A stretch of 48,276 nucleotides of DNA from Octopus bimaculoides (GCF_001194135.2 NC_068988.1:29000146-29048421), one strand, 5' to 3'. Positions 1 to 12,898 are shown, numbered from the stretch's first letter. Notes: a model not told the origin generated them from the letters alone. A program made the numbers and translations.

Positions 1-37
<37 letters not shown>

Positions 38-282
38 TGTATACACACACACGCACACACGCACACACATACATATATTTATACACAAAACATTTGTTAC
101 ATTTCAAAAATTTATGAATTATTATGGAAAATCCTGGAGCGAGAAAACAAGAAAATTAGTTTATTCATCAATCAATTACTTCAATTACTTCATTCATAAA
201 TCAATACAACGTATAATAAGAACTCATTGGATTTCGTCGATCGATTCCTCACTGCTTTAAGGTAAATATATTTGTATGCACT

Positions 283-351
<69 letters not shown>

Positions 352-2577
352 TTGTCTGTTTGTCTGTCTGTCTGTCCGTCCGTATGTCTGCCTGCCTGCC
401 TGCCTGTCTGTCTATCTGTCTGTCTACATATCTATCTGTCTATACGTATATATGTATATGTGTGTGTGTGTGTGTGTGTGTGAGTGTGTGTGTGNNNNNN
501 NNNNTGTGTGTGTGTGTGTGTGTGTGTGTGTGAGTGTGTGTGTGTGTGTGTATGGAATGATGCCTATATATGGATGTATACGAAGGTACGTTAAGTATAT
601 TTAGATCTGAGCGCTATAAATTTGATTATACAGCCAATTTACTCCATTTGTATTCATTATAGCCAGGAAGTTAGAGATCTGCACCGGCAAACCAGTTTCC
701 TTTTCAACTTTCAAGCCAAACATCATTGTTTGTTGTCCATCTCTTTCGTTTAAAACAAACACAGTATCCCTTGAACGTCTCTCCTTGGTCAAACAGTACT
801 CACAGCTATATATTTCCACAACTGTCAATTTAGAGACAGTTTTCCAAGTATTATTCACAAACACGGCATCTCATAATTAATTTTGATTCCATTGATACGC
901 TTCAAAACTTAATTCTCTATGTGCCTACCTGAATGTGAGAATCTATATACCTGAAACGTTGAAAGATCAGCTAAGAGATACCTTTGAATCAAATATCACC
1001 TTTGTTCAGCATCCATCATTATTATGGAGAAAGTATTCTCTTCTATGAGACTTAAGTGGTCCGAAGATGGAGAAAGAGAATTGTTTTATTAATTTAACAT
1101 TTGGATGTATATCACTAAATGATATTATGTGATTTACCATTGCAATCATCTACTCTATGATAGCAACTTTTCTTATCGTTTCATCAGTCATGTCAACCCT
1201 GATCTAATCATTCATAAGTCTATCATCTTGATTCATTTTTATCAATAATGTATTCCCAATACCCAATACTCTTTCCTCTTCTTTGAGATGAATTAACATT
1301 CGCTTCTTCCAGTACTTTTAAGTTTTTCGCCTTTATATTGCTCAAAATTCACTTTTCTTTCAATAAAACATTCACATTACGTTCCAATAAAGATCCAAAA
1401 GTTTGGATATAATTCAATGACGTTTTATGACAATTTCGAGAATTGTGTCACGCATTCACTGCTAAAAAAGAATTTCCTATATTTAAACGTGACCGTTTAA
1501 GTGAGGTAAGTAAGACTCTTCAGTTCGAACAACCTGTCCTTGACTTTGTTATATTAGTATTAAAGGTATTCGGAGAAATTTTGAATTATATTTCAGGATT
1601 TTCTTTTGTACTAGATTCTCTATATTCTTAGAATATTTTTCTTGAGCCCAAAGTACCCATGACCGGTTAGGCGGTTTCCATGGTGAATAAGTGATCTAGG
1701 TCCCAACATTCCCTCTGAATGGGGTGCCAGTTCGTGGCAGAATTCAGGGCCAACAGTTTTGAGGGAAGCGGACAACTCAATTACACTGATACCAGTACAT
1801 GACTGGTACTTTACTTCATCGATCCCAAACAGATTGAAAGTAAAGTTGATCTTAGTGGGATTTGAGTTCAGACATAAAGAGCCGGAAGAAATGATCATTC
1901 TCTCAGATGTACCAACAATTGCCTGCCCATTGCCTTATAAAACACATTTATGCATTGTTATATATATGATTAAAAAAAAAATCCTCGATTATATTAAGAA
2001 GAATGTTACCTACACGTTCTTTCTACCGCTGACTGTGAACCTCAGGTCTGCTCAATGCACATTATATATTGCATTTGTCTTCAATATTTTTTTCCTCACA
2101 AGCCAAAGACTTCTAAAATTAAATTCAATTTTTCATCTGGAGGCCATTTTGTCTGTATCACACCACACGTTCCATTTTGTAGTTTGCGTCAAATTCCTAT
2201 ATTTCAAATTCCAAATTAATTTAATCTCAGTACCAGCTTCTATCTCCTTTATATAAATTGTATTCTCCACTTTCTTTGAGAAAATCAATGAGTTTAACTC
2301 CATAATGTTTAGCACGACCAACCAAAAACATAATCATAAAATATTTTCTGCAAATAGATTTCTGCCAAACAAATATATAAATATTTCTAGAATATATATT
2401 GTCCAACAATTATATTTTAGATACAAAATAACATTTTGGCAAGCTCACCGAGGCTGATTTCATATTTTTTGTTTATATACGTACAAAGACACGTACGCAC
2501 GCACACACAAACACACAAACACACAGAGAGACAAATACACATATATATGCGTTGTGTGTGTGTGTGTTTGTATGATT

Positions 2578-2619
<42 letters not shown>

Positions 2620-2621
2620 TA

Positions 2622-3446
2622 NNNNNNNNNNNNNNNNNNNNNNNNNNNNNNNNNNNNNNNNNNNNNNNNNNNNNNNNNNNNNNNNNNNNNNNNNNNNNNN
2701 NNNNNNNNNNNNNNNNNNNNNNNNNNNNNNNNNNNNNNNNNNNNNNNNNNNNNNNNNNNNNNNNNNNNNNNNNNNNNNNNNNNNNNNNNNNNNNNNNNNN
2801 NNNNNNNNNNNNNNNNNNNNNNNNNNNNNNNNNNNNNNNNNNNNNNNNNNNNNNNNNNNNNNNNNNNNNNNNNNNNNNNNNNNNNNNNNNNNNNNNNNNN
2901 NNNNNNNNNNNNNNNNNNNNNNNNNNNNNNNNNNNNNNNNNNNNNNNNNNNNNNNNNNNNNNNNNNNNNNNNNNNNNNNNNNNNNNNNNNNNNNNNNNNN
3001 NNNNNNNNNNNNNNNNNNNNNNNNNNNNNNNNNNNNNNNNNNNNNNNNNNNNNNNNNNNNNNNNNNNNNNNNNNNNNNNNNNNNNNNNNNNNNNNNNNNN
3101 NNNNNNNNNNNNNNNNNNNNNNNNNNNNNNNNNNNNNNNNNNNNNNNNNNNNNNNNNNNNNNNNNNNNNNNNNNNNNNNNNNNNNNNNNNNNNNNNNNNN
3201 NNNNNNNNNNNNNNNNNNNNNNNNNNNNNNNNNNNNNNNNNNNNNNNNNNNNNNNNNNNNNNNNNNNNNNNNNNNNNNNNNNNNNNNNNNNNNNNNNNNN
3301 NNNNNNNNNNNNNNNNNNNNNNNNNNNNNNNNNNNNNNNNNNNNNNNNNNNNNNNNNNNNNNNNNNNNNNNNNNNNNNNNNNNNNNNNNNNNNNNNNNNN
3401 NNNNNNNNNNNNNNNNNNNNNNNNNNNNNNNNNNNNNNNNNNNNNN
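2622..3446. other. Assembly gap, one of about twenty. Other large gaps: 5898-6401, 11832-12249, 17468-17978, 18858-19472, 24357-25054 and 46488-46740
   Basis: N runs, nearly always flanked by (TA)n or (CA)n tracts. Confidence 0.98.
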
Positions 3447-3585
3447 ATATATGAAAGTTTTGTCGGCGGAACTAGAGAGCATGCGAAATACAGACACAAA
3501 TCTGGTGCAATAAATGTAACAAACATGAAACTGATTAAAATGAAAATTATTTAACCGTGTGAAGAATGTAATCTCTCTTTCGCCC

Positions 3586-3881
3586 TTTTAAAGCCTAGCC
3601 AGGCTCATGGGCCCCATTTCCCCGTTTCTATGGCGTATGTGTTCTCCCCCACCTGGACGGGACGCCAGTCCATCGCAGCGTTTCTCAAGAAATAGGAAGA
3701 AAGAGTGAGAGAAAGTTGGGGCGAAAGAGTACAACAGGGGTCGCCACCACCTCCTGCTGGAGCCTCGTGGAGCATTTTGGTGTTTACGCTCAATAAACAC
3801 ACACAACGCCCGGTCTGGGAATCGAAACCGCGATCCTCTGACCGTGAGTCCGCTGCCCTAACCATTGGGCCATTGCGCCTC
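3586..3881 (-). mobile_element. tRNA-derived SINE family C, tail X
   Basis: Minus head gaggcgcaatggcccaatggttagggcagcggactcacggtcagaggatcgcggtttcgattcccagaccggg (A and B boxes); tail gcgatggactggcgtcccgtccagg..tacgccatagaaacggg. Confidence 0.85.
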
Positions 3882-3970
3882 TACTGAAGAATGCAATACA
3901 TGAGCGAAATTCACTCTGGCCACAGAAAATGTAAACATGTCATCAAAAATCTCACTAAACAGAACTCAGA

Positions 3971-4037
<67 letters not shown>

Positions 4038-4399
4038 TGCTCACAGAGATAGCAAGAAAAGAGAGAGAAACCGGTCATTGTAATGATCCCTTAGTCGATC
4101 CCCCTAAAGGCAAATAAATGCTTAGTTCTCCATTTACTCCCCCACCTCTTGTTTCAACATTCTTGCTTTTATCCTTTGGCTCTCCTTCCATCTTAGTTTT
4201 TCCCTCCACTTCAGTCACGTTTACATCGCTTCCTCTTCTCATTTCTCCTTCCTTCTCCCTCTTTCTCCTGTTTACGTAAGCGTTCTCCATCAATTGCAAT
4301 CATTTAAAAAAAAAAAACAGATGTAAAACTCTGCTCTCTCTCTTATTTTCCTTCCGTCATATTTAGCGTGAAGGAAGAGTCTGTCCAAAACGTTGAATA

Positions 4400-4716
4400 C
4401 AATATTCCCTCGACTATCACAGGTGAAAATCCGCGAAGTAGAAACAGTACTGTACTGTATATTTTTTAAAATTTTCATAATTTGTATATATTCATTTTAT
4501 TATAAATGCAAAACAACACCACAGAGGAATCAATGTAAGCTTAAATAATAAACGGCGATAGGTGAACGGCGATAGTTGAACGGCGATAGTTGAACGGCGA
4601 TAGTTGAACCGCGATAGTTGAACCGCGATAGTTGAACCGCGATAGTTGAACCGCGATAGTTGAACCGCGATAGTTGAACCGCGATAGTTGAACCGCGAGA
4701 TGGCGAGGGATTACTG
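4400..4716. mobile_element. pogo/Tigger-like MITE (Tc1/mariner superfamily) with TA target duplication
   Basis: TA at 4398-4399 and 4717-4718. Left end ta-caatattccctcg versus reverse complement of right end ta-cagtaatccctcg (13/15 match including TA). No ORF. Confidence 0.65.
4551..4700. repeat. 14-bp minisatellite AAC(G/C)GCGATAGTTG, 10 full units plus a partial, inside the MITE
   Basis: Counted directly: 4 units with AACGGCG, then 6 with AACCGCG. Confidence 0.95.
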
Positions 4717-5374
4717 TACTCCACTACCCACGGCAATTCCAATATACTCTTTCTGTCGTCTCATCATACATCTGAACAAATGTAAGAAGATACATCTAAG
4801 GTCTTTTATAGATCTTAAAGCGTTTACTTCGGAGCTAATACAACAGAGGCAAATTGTGATTCGTGGAAGCCATTTTTGGTTGCTGACGCATGTTATGTTT
4901 TATGAATAGAGCATCAGATAATACTAAGAATAAAGTATTACGCTAATATAGGATTATAATGATCGTGGTAAGTGAAGTAGACTGTATTTAAGTATGCTAG
5001 CAAGTTATTCTCTCAGAGATAGACTCAAAACATCCATAGAAACAAAAATAATAATATATACTTATCGTTGCTTATAGTTAATTTGCGGTTTTAACAATTT
5101 CACAATGTAACGGACCACATGACTCGGTCTGTTTTCTATTGGAATTTTCTATTGTTTTGATGCCAAAAGCTGATTTATACTCCGCAAGAAACTACTTTAA
5201 CTCACTGTAATAAGTTTATTTCTTCATTATCTTTTGTTCGTCTCTTCCGAATCATGTTATTAGTTTTATCGTAACTCAGTTCAAATAACTGCTTCGCTGC
5301 AGTAAAATATGAACGACACAAGATTTTGTGTTGCAAAACTCTTTTATTAATTCTCTGCTACTAATTTATTTTTC

Positions 5375-5545
5375 TCGTGCTGCTAAGAAACTCTCTTTGC
5401 AACCACATGGTTTCGGGTTCAGTCCCACTGCACAGCTCCTAGAACTAGTGTCTTCTACTGTAGCCCTGAGCCAACCAATATCTTGCGATTGAGTTTGGTT
5501 GACGGAAACTGTATGGAATCCTGTCATATGTATATGTATATATAT
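5375..5545 (+). mobile_element. SINE family A 5' half (plus strand). Similar fragments at 9238-9342(-), 17265-17405(+), 27800-27915(-), 41040-41135(-) and 43545-43715(+)
   Basis: caaccacatggtttcgggttcagtcccactgc..gtgtcttctactgtagcc..gacggaaactg. Confidence 0.75.
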
Positions 5546-5570
5546 ATTGTGTGTGTATACATACATACGT

Positions 5571-5615
<45 letters not shown>

Positions 5616-6401
5616 ATAACGTAAATAATATATAAATATATGCATATATCCATACATATATGTACATACCTACATCTATATGTATACATACATGTATATA
5701 TGGGTACAGGACATCACAAAAAACGTTAAACACAATGAGAAACGAAGACAGAAAACGAACTTTTTTTCGAACAACGAAAAAAACAAACAGAGAAACGAGT
5801 CATGCAACATAAAGAATATTTCCCTTCTTCAGTTGTCCCTGCTCCATCTACTCCTTGACAAACAAGGACAGAAAAACGGATTAAGTCGATTATATCGNNN
5901 NNNNNNNNNNNNNNNNNNNNNNNNNNNNNNNNNNNNNNNNNNNNNNNNNNNNNNNNNNNNNNNNNNNNNNNNNNNNNNNNNNNNNNNNNNNNNNNNNNNN
6001 NNNNNNNNNNNNNNNNNNNNNNNNNNNNNNNNNNNNNNNNNNNNNNNNNNNNNNNNNNNNNNNNNNNNNNNNNNNNNNNNNNNNNNNNNNNNNNNNNNNN
6101 NNNNNNNNNNNNNNNNNNNNNNNNNNNNNNNNNNNNNNNNNNNNNNNNNNNNNNNNNNNNNNNNNNNNNNNNNNNNNNNNNNNNNNNNNNNNNNNNNNNN
6201 NNNNNNNNNNNNNNNNNNNNNNNNNNNNNNNNNNNNNNNNNNNNNNNNNNNNNNNNNNNNNNNNNNNNNNNNNNNNNNNNNNNNNNNNNNNNNNNNNNNN
6301 NNNNNNNNNNNNNNNNNNNNNNNNNNNNNNNNNNNNNNNNNNNNNNNNNNNNNNNNNNNNNNNNNNNNNNNNNNNNNNNNNNNNNNNNNNNNNNNNNNNN
6401 N

Positions 6402-7019
6402 ATGTCTATGAAGAGTAAATATAGACTGAGATACAGGGGTCCCAGACGGACAGACAGAATTTTAAGCTAGTCCTGTGGAGGACTAATTGGACCTGTGGCC
6501 CAAAGCTAAAGAAGGAAACAATAATAAAGCATTTATTGGTATTCTACAATCTCAGATTTATATAACAGAATATCATATTTGGAGAACTTTGTATACTGTA
6601 ACATTTGCCGGTCACTGTAAAGCAGTAAGATAAACAATATTCTTGATTTTATTATTAGGTGTGAGTATAAAGAGATTGTTGCCATTTCTATTTCTGGAAC
6701 AACCGGCATAGAATTGACCATGGGAAAACCATTGCTGCATGAAGTGAAGACCAACGATTCTCAGTAACCGCTCTTGACTCTTGTTAAATGACATTGCAAA
6801 ACCAACTCTTACTGGAAAGTCTCTTGATTTGAAAAGGCATGTCTGCTGGAATCAGTGGAAATTCTTGAAATAAACACATTTTCTCCCTTTCCCCAAAACT
6901 ATATGTCTATGAAGAGTAAATATAGACTGAGATACAGGGGTCCCAGACGGACAGACAGAATTTTAAGCTAGTCCTGTGGAGGACTAATTGGACCTGTGGC
7001 CCAAAGCTAAAGAAGGAAA
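6402..7019 (-). mobile_element. Helitron-derived fragment: decayed PIF1-like helicase C-terminus bracketed by a 117-bp direct repeat
   Basis: Minus strand 6893-6612, with two frameshifts, reads GKGENVFISRI/PLIPADMPFQIKRL/FPVRVGFAMSFNKSQERLLRIVGLHFMQQWFSHGQFYAGCSRNRNGNNLFILTPNNKIKNIVYLTALQ*. This matches the Helitron RepHel tail (RIPLIP..FPVRLAFAMTINKAQGQ..FSHGQLYVxxSR..TKNIVYxExL). 6402-6518 equals 6903-7019. Confidence 0.85.
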
Positions 7020-7489
7020 NNNNNNNNNNNNNNNNNNNNNNNNNNNNNNNNNNNNNNNNNNNNNNNNNNNNNNNNNNNNNNNNNNNNNNNNNNNNNNNNN
7101 NNNNNNNNNNNNNNNNNNNNNNNNNNNNNNNNNNNNNNNNNNNNNNNNNNNNNNNNNNNNNNNNNNNNNNNNNNNNNNNNNNNNNNNNNNNNNNNNNNNN
7201 NNNNNNNNNNNNNNNNNNNNNNNNNNNNNNNNNNNNNNNNNNNNNNNNNNNNNNNNNNNNNNNTATATATAACTCAGAACGTAAAGACAGACAAAATACT
7301 GCTAAACTTTCCGTCCGGCGTGCTAACGTTTCTGTCACCTTGCAGTGTAGGGTGTAGGTACATGCTATTATATTATCCTACTTTAAATAGGCAGTGTGTA
7401 ACATGAGGGAAATTTTACTGCTATTTCCTGTAGCCGTCAAATAACGACCACAGAGAAGTTCAGAATGATAACGTAGCAGAAAAGGATTA

Positions 7490-7710
7490 GAAACTGCTTG
7501 GCCTAGTGGTTAGGGTGTTTCACTCATGATTGCAAGGTCGTAGTTTCTAATTACAGGCCGGGCAGTGAATTGTGTTCTTGAGCAAAATACTTCATTTCAC
7601 GTTGCACCAGTTCACTCAGCTGTAAATAAGTAGTCCTGTGAAGGACTGGAGTCACTTTCAAATGGAATAATGTGATCTCGGTCACTGTTACGCCATGGAA
7701 ACCGGGTACT
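7490..7710 (+). mobile_element. Diverged tRNA-derived SINE carrying tail X
   Basis: tggcctagtggttaggg head; gtgttcttgagcaaaatactt..cagttcactcagctgtaaat centre; tail ending ttacgccatggaaaccggg. Confidence 0.65.
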
Positions 7711-7763
7711 TATGATTCCGAGAACTCGAGACAGTATTGTCCTGGTGTTGTTGTTGATGTTGT

Positions 7764-7794
<31 letters not shown>

Positions 7795-8702
7795 ATCGCA
7801 TTTAAACCTCCTGATCGAGATCACAACGTCCCTTCTGAACTGGATTTCAGTTCGTCACAGGGTTACTCATTTACAGTGTTATTCATTTATTTGATCAACA
7901 TGAAATGATGTGTTTTGTTCATGAACACAATAGGCCATACGGTCTGCAAATTGGAACTAAGATCCTGCAAACGTATGCAACATCCTAACTATTAGGCGCC
8001 GCACCTTCACCATTTCCCGAAACCCTGAAACAAATATGAAACGCTAATAGTGGAAGTCTTTAATTGAAACCTGTTTATATATTCTCGCTTTTAATGTAAT
8101 TTAATAGCACGAGCTTGGCTCCGATATTTCAGGAACAAATGCATACCTCCTGGAGATGTGTTCTTAAAATTATTTTTAAAACTTTCCATCATCAACGTTT
8201 TATTATCTTTTCAATCATTGACAATTTTAATTATAAGTTTTTCGTTTAATTTAAACCTTATAGATAAAAGATGTTTTAATGCTGTTGTTTTGTTTCTTAA
8301 CATTATTACTGAAAATCATGATTAAAGTTATACATTGTTAGAAGGATGGCTGACAGAAACAGTAGAGTGCTATATCAAGAATTTAAGTTCCACTGGAGAT
8401 GACGACTACTATATTTCTCCTACTTCTCGGATCGATAATAGTGTCAATCAGATGCTGCGTTCGATATTATGAATTGATACTTACTCACAAACTTCTAACT
8501 TCAGAAGAATTGTTGCAGCGTCAAAGAAAAACAAAAATGCTTTGGCCCTTTATATTTTGAGTTCAAATCAGACCGACATCAACTTTAACTTTCATCTGTC
8601 GTTAAAATATAATACCAGCCTAGTACTAGGTCGATGTTATCGATTAGACCCCTCGGGGCCTTGTGCGCGTAGTAGAAAGAATCATCATCATCATCATCAT
8701 CA

Positions 8703-8754
<52 letters not shown>

Positions 8755-8875
8755 CTTTTCACCTTCCTTCTTGACTATTCGCGAATCAATAGGGCATGCA
8801 ACATCAACTATATAGCAGATGTGGTGCACCTTGTCCACCACCACTAGGCCCGAACTGTTATTTGATTCGATTCCA
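8755..8875 (-). mobile_element. Fragment of an R4/Dong-type non-LTR retrotransposon, restriction-like endonuclease domain
   Basis: GLVVVDKVHHICYIVDVACPIDSRIVKKEGEK resembles the RLE motif PD(I/L)VVVDK..IIDVACPxDxRIxxKExEK. Truncated against an (ATT)n(ATC)n tract. Confidence 0.6.
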
Positions 8876-9194
8876 TGCAACTCAAAGTTCTGTAGCTTCG
8901 TCACTGGAGTCTAGCTCGTCAGGTTGAGGCGACAAAATGGTGGGATGGAGGAAGCCCTTGATCGTTATTGGAATCTTTAAGCTGCACGGGNNNNNNNNNN
9001 NNNNNNNNNNNNNNNNNNNNNNNNNNNNNNNNNNNNNNNNNNNNNNNNNNNNNNNNNNNNNNNNNNNNNNNNNNNNNNNNNNNNNNNNNNNNNNNNNNNN
9101 NNNNNNNNNNNNNNNNNNNNNNNNNNNNNNNNNNNNNNNNNNNNNNNNNNNNNNNNNNNNNNNNNNNNNNNNNNNNNNNNNNNNNNNNNNNNNN

Positions 9195-9238
<44 letters not shown>

Positions 9239-10112
9239 CGTGTGTGAGTCACAAAATATATCTTTCGTCTACTAAATTCACTCACAAGGCATGTGTCGGC
9301 CTGAGGTTATAGTAGAAGACATCTTCCAAAGGAGACGCACGGCATATCAATTGTATAAGCGTTATAAGTAAATTGATATTTCTTCAACGTTAAAGTTTAG
9401 TCGCTCGCTTGCGGAAGATAGGCTGGTTTTTTTAACGATTTTTTGAAATATCGATTGACCATAAAAGTAAAATTTCTAATAGATAACAAAATATATATTG
9501 CCAAGAATACTCTTTATAGAAGAGAGGGAGATAAAATAAGTTCTAGCTGGGAGGTACGTATTTTTTATTACTTCAACCGAATTTTAAATAACAGATAGTA
9601 AGTAATATCAATATTCAATATAAACTGATGATTTCGCTGTATTATAACGTGACAATGATCGCATACCTTTTCGTGCGTGTTCAATGAACGAAATGTTATT
9701 GTATTCCTTAATGGCTGACTTTCATTTTCTGTCATTTTAGCAATTTACATAAAGTAATCCAAAGATATTATTTCTGACCTTTGTATAAAATTTCTGCTAA
9801 AAAATAACAAACTTTAGAAATTCATAATTTTCTTTCTCTGTCATATGCTAAAACAATATGTTATTGACGCTTACAGAATTTGACAAAATTTCATTCGCAT
9901 TTCAAATTAATATAAAAAGTCTACTTTTTGGTATCATATTTAGTGTTATGTAGGTTCTTCATGTTCAATTGTTGATGTCAATTCTTTTTATTTTTCTAAT
10001 GCTGAGTTTAGCATTTTTGTTATAGATGGCTTCGAATATAACAGAAAACAGTTTATGTATGTATGTATGTATGTATGAATGTATGTATGTATATATGTAT
10101 GTATGTATGTAT

Positions 10113-10333
10113 TATTTCTTTACTACCCACAAGAGGGGACAAACAAGGACAGACAAACGGATTAAGTCGATTATATCGACCCCAGTGCGTAACTGGTACT
10201 TATTTAATCGACCCCGAAAGGATGAAAGGCAAAGTCGACCTCGGCGGAATTTGAACTCAGAACGCAGTGGCAGACGAAATACCGCTAAGCATTTCGCCCG
10301 GCGTGCTAACGTTTCTGCCAGCTCGCCGCCTTA
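10113..10333 (-). mobile_element. tRNA-derived SINE family B, full length, tail type 2, inserted in a (TATG)n tract
   Basis: Minus: ggcggcgagctggcagaaacgttagcacgcc..gagttcaaattccgccgaggtcgactttgcctttcatcctttcggggtcgattaaataagtaccag. The central block resembles, from memory, the widely shared Meta-type SINE domain. Tail ..ccccttgtgggtagtaaagaaata. Confidence 0.88.
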
Positions 10334-11630
10334 TGTATGTATGTATGTATGTATGCATGCATGCATGTATGTATGTATGCATGTACGTGTATATATATAT
10401 ATGTTTGTATGTATGTATGTTTGCATGCATGTATGCAGGCATGCATTTATGTATGTATATAAACACATGTATGTATGCGTGTCTATATATTTCATATTAT
10501 ATATACACATACATACATACATACATACATGCATATATATATATATATATATATGAGGATTTTATGCGAGGAAGTTAAGTTTATATCTCACGAACATAGA
10601 ATTTTATAACATTTTATTGTATTAACCATCAAAAGTATATATATTAATGTCACCAGAAAATAGCAGAAAGTTGGTAGAAAATTCTGGGTTCCAGTGGCAT
10701 CAGAGTTGCAAACATTTATCTAGATTCTAGCGGCTGGTTTGTTGATCAGCTAGGTGAAAATGATAAACCTTACGTATAAATGTGTTTCTTTATGCTCACA
10801 GAAGCTGCTATACATCATGTATGTATTACAAAGAATTTCTATAATAAATCCCAATAAGCATTTAAGATCTTTAGTTAAAGACTAAGATTAGTGTTATGAA
10901 TTAAAAGGCAAATCTTTTTGGGTTCTGTTCTTTTATCTTATTTTGCGGGACACCACACTGAATGATCTTCCGTATATAGACACTCATACATTGCGAGAGA
11001 TATATTTTATCGATACCATAATATGCAACAAGAAAGTTGCAAGAGAAGAAAGGGACGTTGTTAGATCGGAACTAAGTACACGTTTCCACGAGAATTAAAT
11101 GCACGCATGTACACACAGATATGTGTATAAGTGTGTATGTGTTTGTTTGTACGTTTAGTCGTATATCGTTAATGATTTCATGGTCAGAATGTATAACATG
11201 CTCTCCAATCATCGGTACACTATAACCAGAAAATATAAATATGAACATCTCTACATGCCAAGCGAACAACAACGCATCCAGCAGAGCATGTACAAACGTT
11301 CACACTTATATATCCATGAAAGGCGGGGATTCTCATGTTCATCTCAGCCATACGTGTATAATCGGAACAATTCAGCACTGAATATTTTCCGGTTTAATTT
11401 TTAAATATAAGGATAAAACCTGTATAAGATTTATCAAATAGCCAGCGTGGAAAACCAATTGTGGAAAAAATTAATACAAAGTATATATTATTTTTTTACC
11501 TTAAATGTAAAATACATTATTATATCAAGGGCTATTACTATAAGTAACGCCTCACGCTGCAGTGGCACTCTTCTTTGTTCATTCTCTCGATTTCGGTTCC
11601 TGTGTATGCTTATTGATGTAGTTTGACTTT

Positions 11631-11696
11631 AGAGTCCCATTACAGCATCATATACAGAGTCCCATTACAGCGTCAGACATAGAGTCCCATTACAGC
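11631..11696. repeat. Three exact copies of AGAGTCCCATTACAGC at a 25-bp period
   Basis: Copies at 11631-11646, 11656-11671 and 11681-11696; 9-nt spacers atcatatac and gtcagacat. Confidence 0.95.
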
Positions 11697-12363
11697 CCAA
11701 GATATAATAATGTATTTTATATTTAAGGAAATAAATTATATACTTTGTGTTAATTTTTTCCTTAATTGGTTTTCCACGCTGGTTACTTGATAAATCTTAT
11801 ATAGATTTTATCCTTTTATATATATATATATNNNNNNNNNNNNNNNNNNNNNNNNNNNNNNNNNNNNNNNNNNNNNNNNNNNNNNNNNNNNNNNNNNNNN
11901 NNNNNNNNNNNNNNNNNNNNNNNNNNNNNNNNNNNNNNNNNNNNNNNNNNNNNNNNNNNNNNNNNNNNNNNNNNNNNNNNNNNNNNNNNNNNNNNNNNNN
12001 NNNNNNNNNNNNNNNNNNNNNNNNNNNNNNNNNNNNNNNNNNNNNNNNNNNNNNNNNNNNNNNNNNNNNNNNNNNNNNNNNNNNNNNNNNNNNNNNNNNN
12101 NNNNNNNNNNNNNNNNNNNNNNNNNNNNNNNNNNNNNNNNNNNNNNNNNNNNNNNNNNNNNNNNNNNNNNNNNNNNNNNNNNNNNNNNNNNNNNNNNNNN
12201 NNNNNNNNNNNNNNNNNNNNNNNNNNNNNNNNNNNNNNNNNNNNNNNNNATATATACACATAGGTTCAAAAAGGAAAAAGACAAAAAACAACAACAAAAA
12301 ACAACAACGTGAGGATGTGATACAGATTGTGTTACTGGACGCTCGGAAAAGGAAAGAAAGAGA

Positions 12364-12398
12364 ATTTGACATTTCGAGCGGAGCTCTTCGTCGGAAAC
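12364..12398 (-). ncRNA. Decayed minimal hammerhead motif
   Basis: GTTT CCGACGA A GAGC TCC GCTC GAAA TGTC AAAT: stems I and II are present, with two core substitutions (U4 to C; C15.2 to T). Confidence 0.5.
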
Positions 12399-12898
12399 AA
12401 AGGAAAGTCCAAAGAAGGGAAAGACGGAGGAAGAAAAAATCACCAACGATATCCACGAGGACTTTTGCACCGTATCCTTATTTGATTTAGAAGATATAGC
12501 TGACTCAAGGTTATGATAAAAAGATTTGCTCAAAATATTTCATGGTAGGATCGAATTATGTGACTACGAACTGAAATTTCAAACCGCATAAGTTCATTTG
12601 CTCTAATACTGGTAATCTTATTGAACTAGATTTCGCTGAACTAGATACTATCACTATGAGTCTCTATTTATATACATGTATATATATATAATTAAGCTTA
12701 TATATATATATAAACACTTTTACATACAGACACATAAGCATGCACAAACACACGCACGCACACACAGTCTCTCTCTCTCACACACACATCTCCAATTATT
12801 TGATATTCCATCATATCCATTTATACTATCACATCCAATTATCAAAAATGAATAATATATCTCACGTTGATATATGACATATATATATNNNNNNNNNN

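Noticed and set aside
272-604. ORFs made of IYLS, CV, HT, YI, MYVC, poly-I/E/F/R and X runs throughout the track
   Set aside because: Translations of microsatellites or N gaps; no splice or codon evidence.
3810-3881. tRNA genes at SINE heads (also 13590-13663, 33060-33123, 35600-35680)
   Set aside because: A and B boxes are present, but there is no complete acceptor stem and each continues into a SINE body.
11241-11381. ORF MNISTCQANNNASS.. as candidate opsin exon 1 (N-glycosylation sequons)
   Set aside because: No phase-1 donor at a suitable place, no TM1-start hydrophobic segment, and it ends in a stop.
11631-11696. CRISPR-like repeat-spacer pattern
   Set aside because: Eukaryotic context, 16-bp repeat, 9-nt mutually similar spacers, no cas genes.
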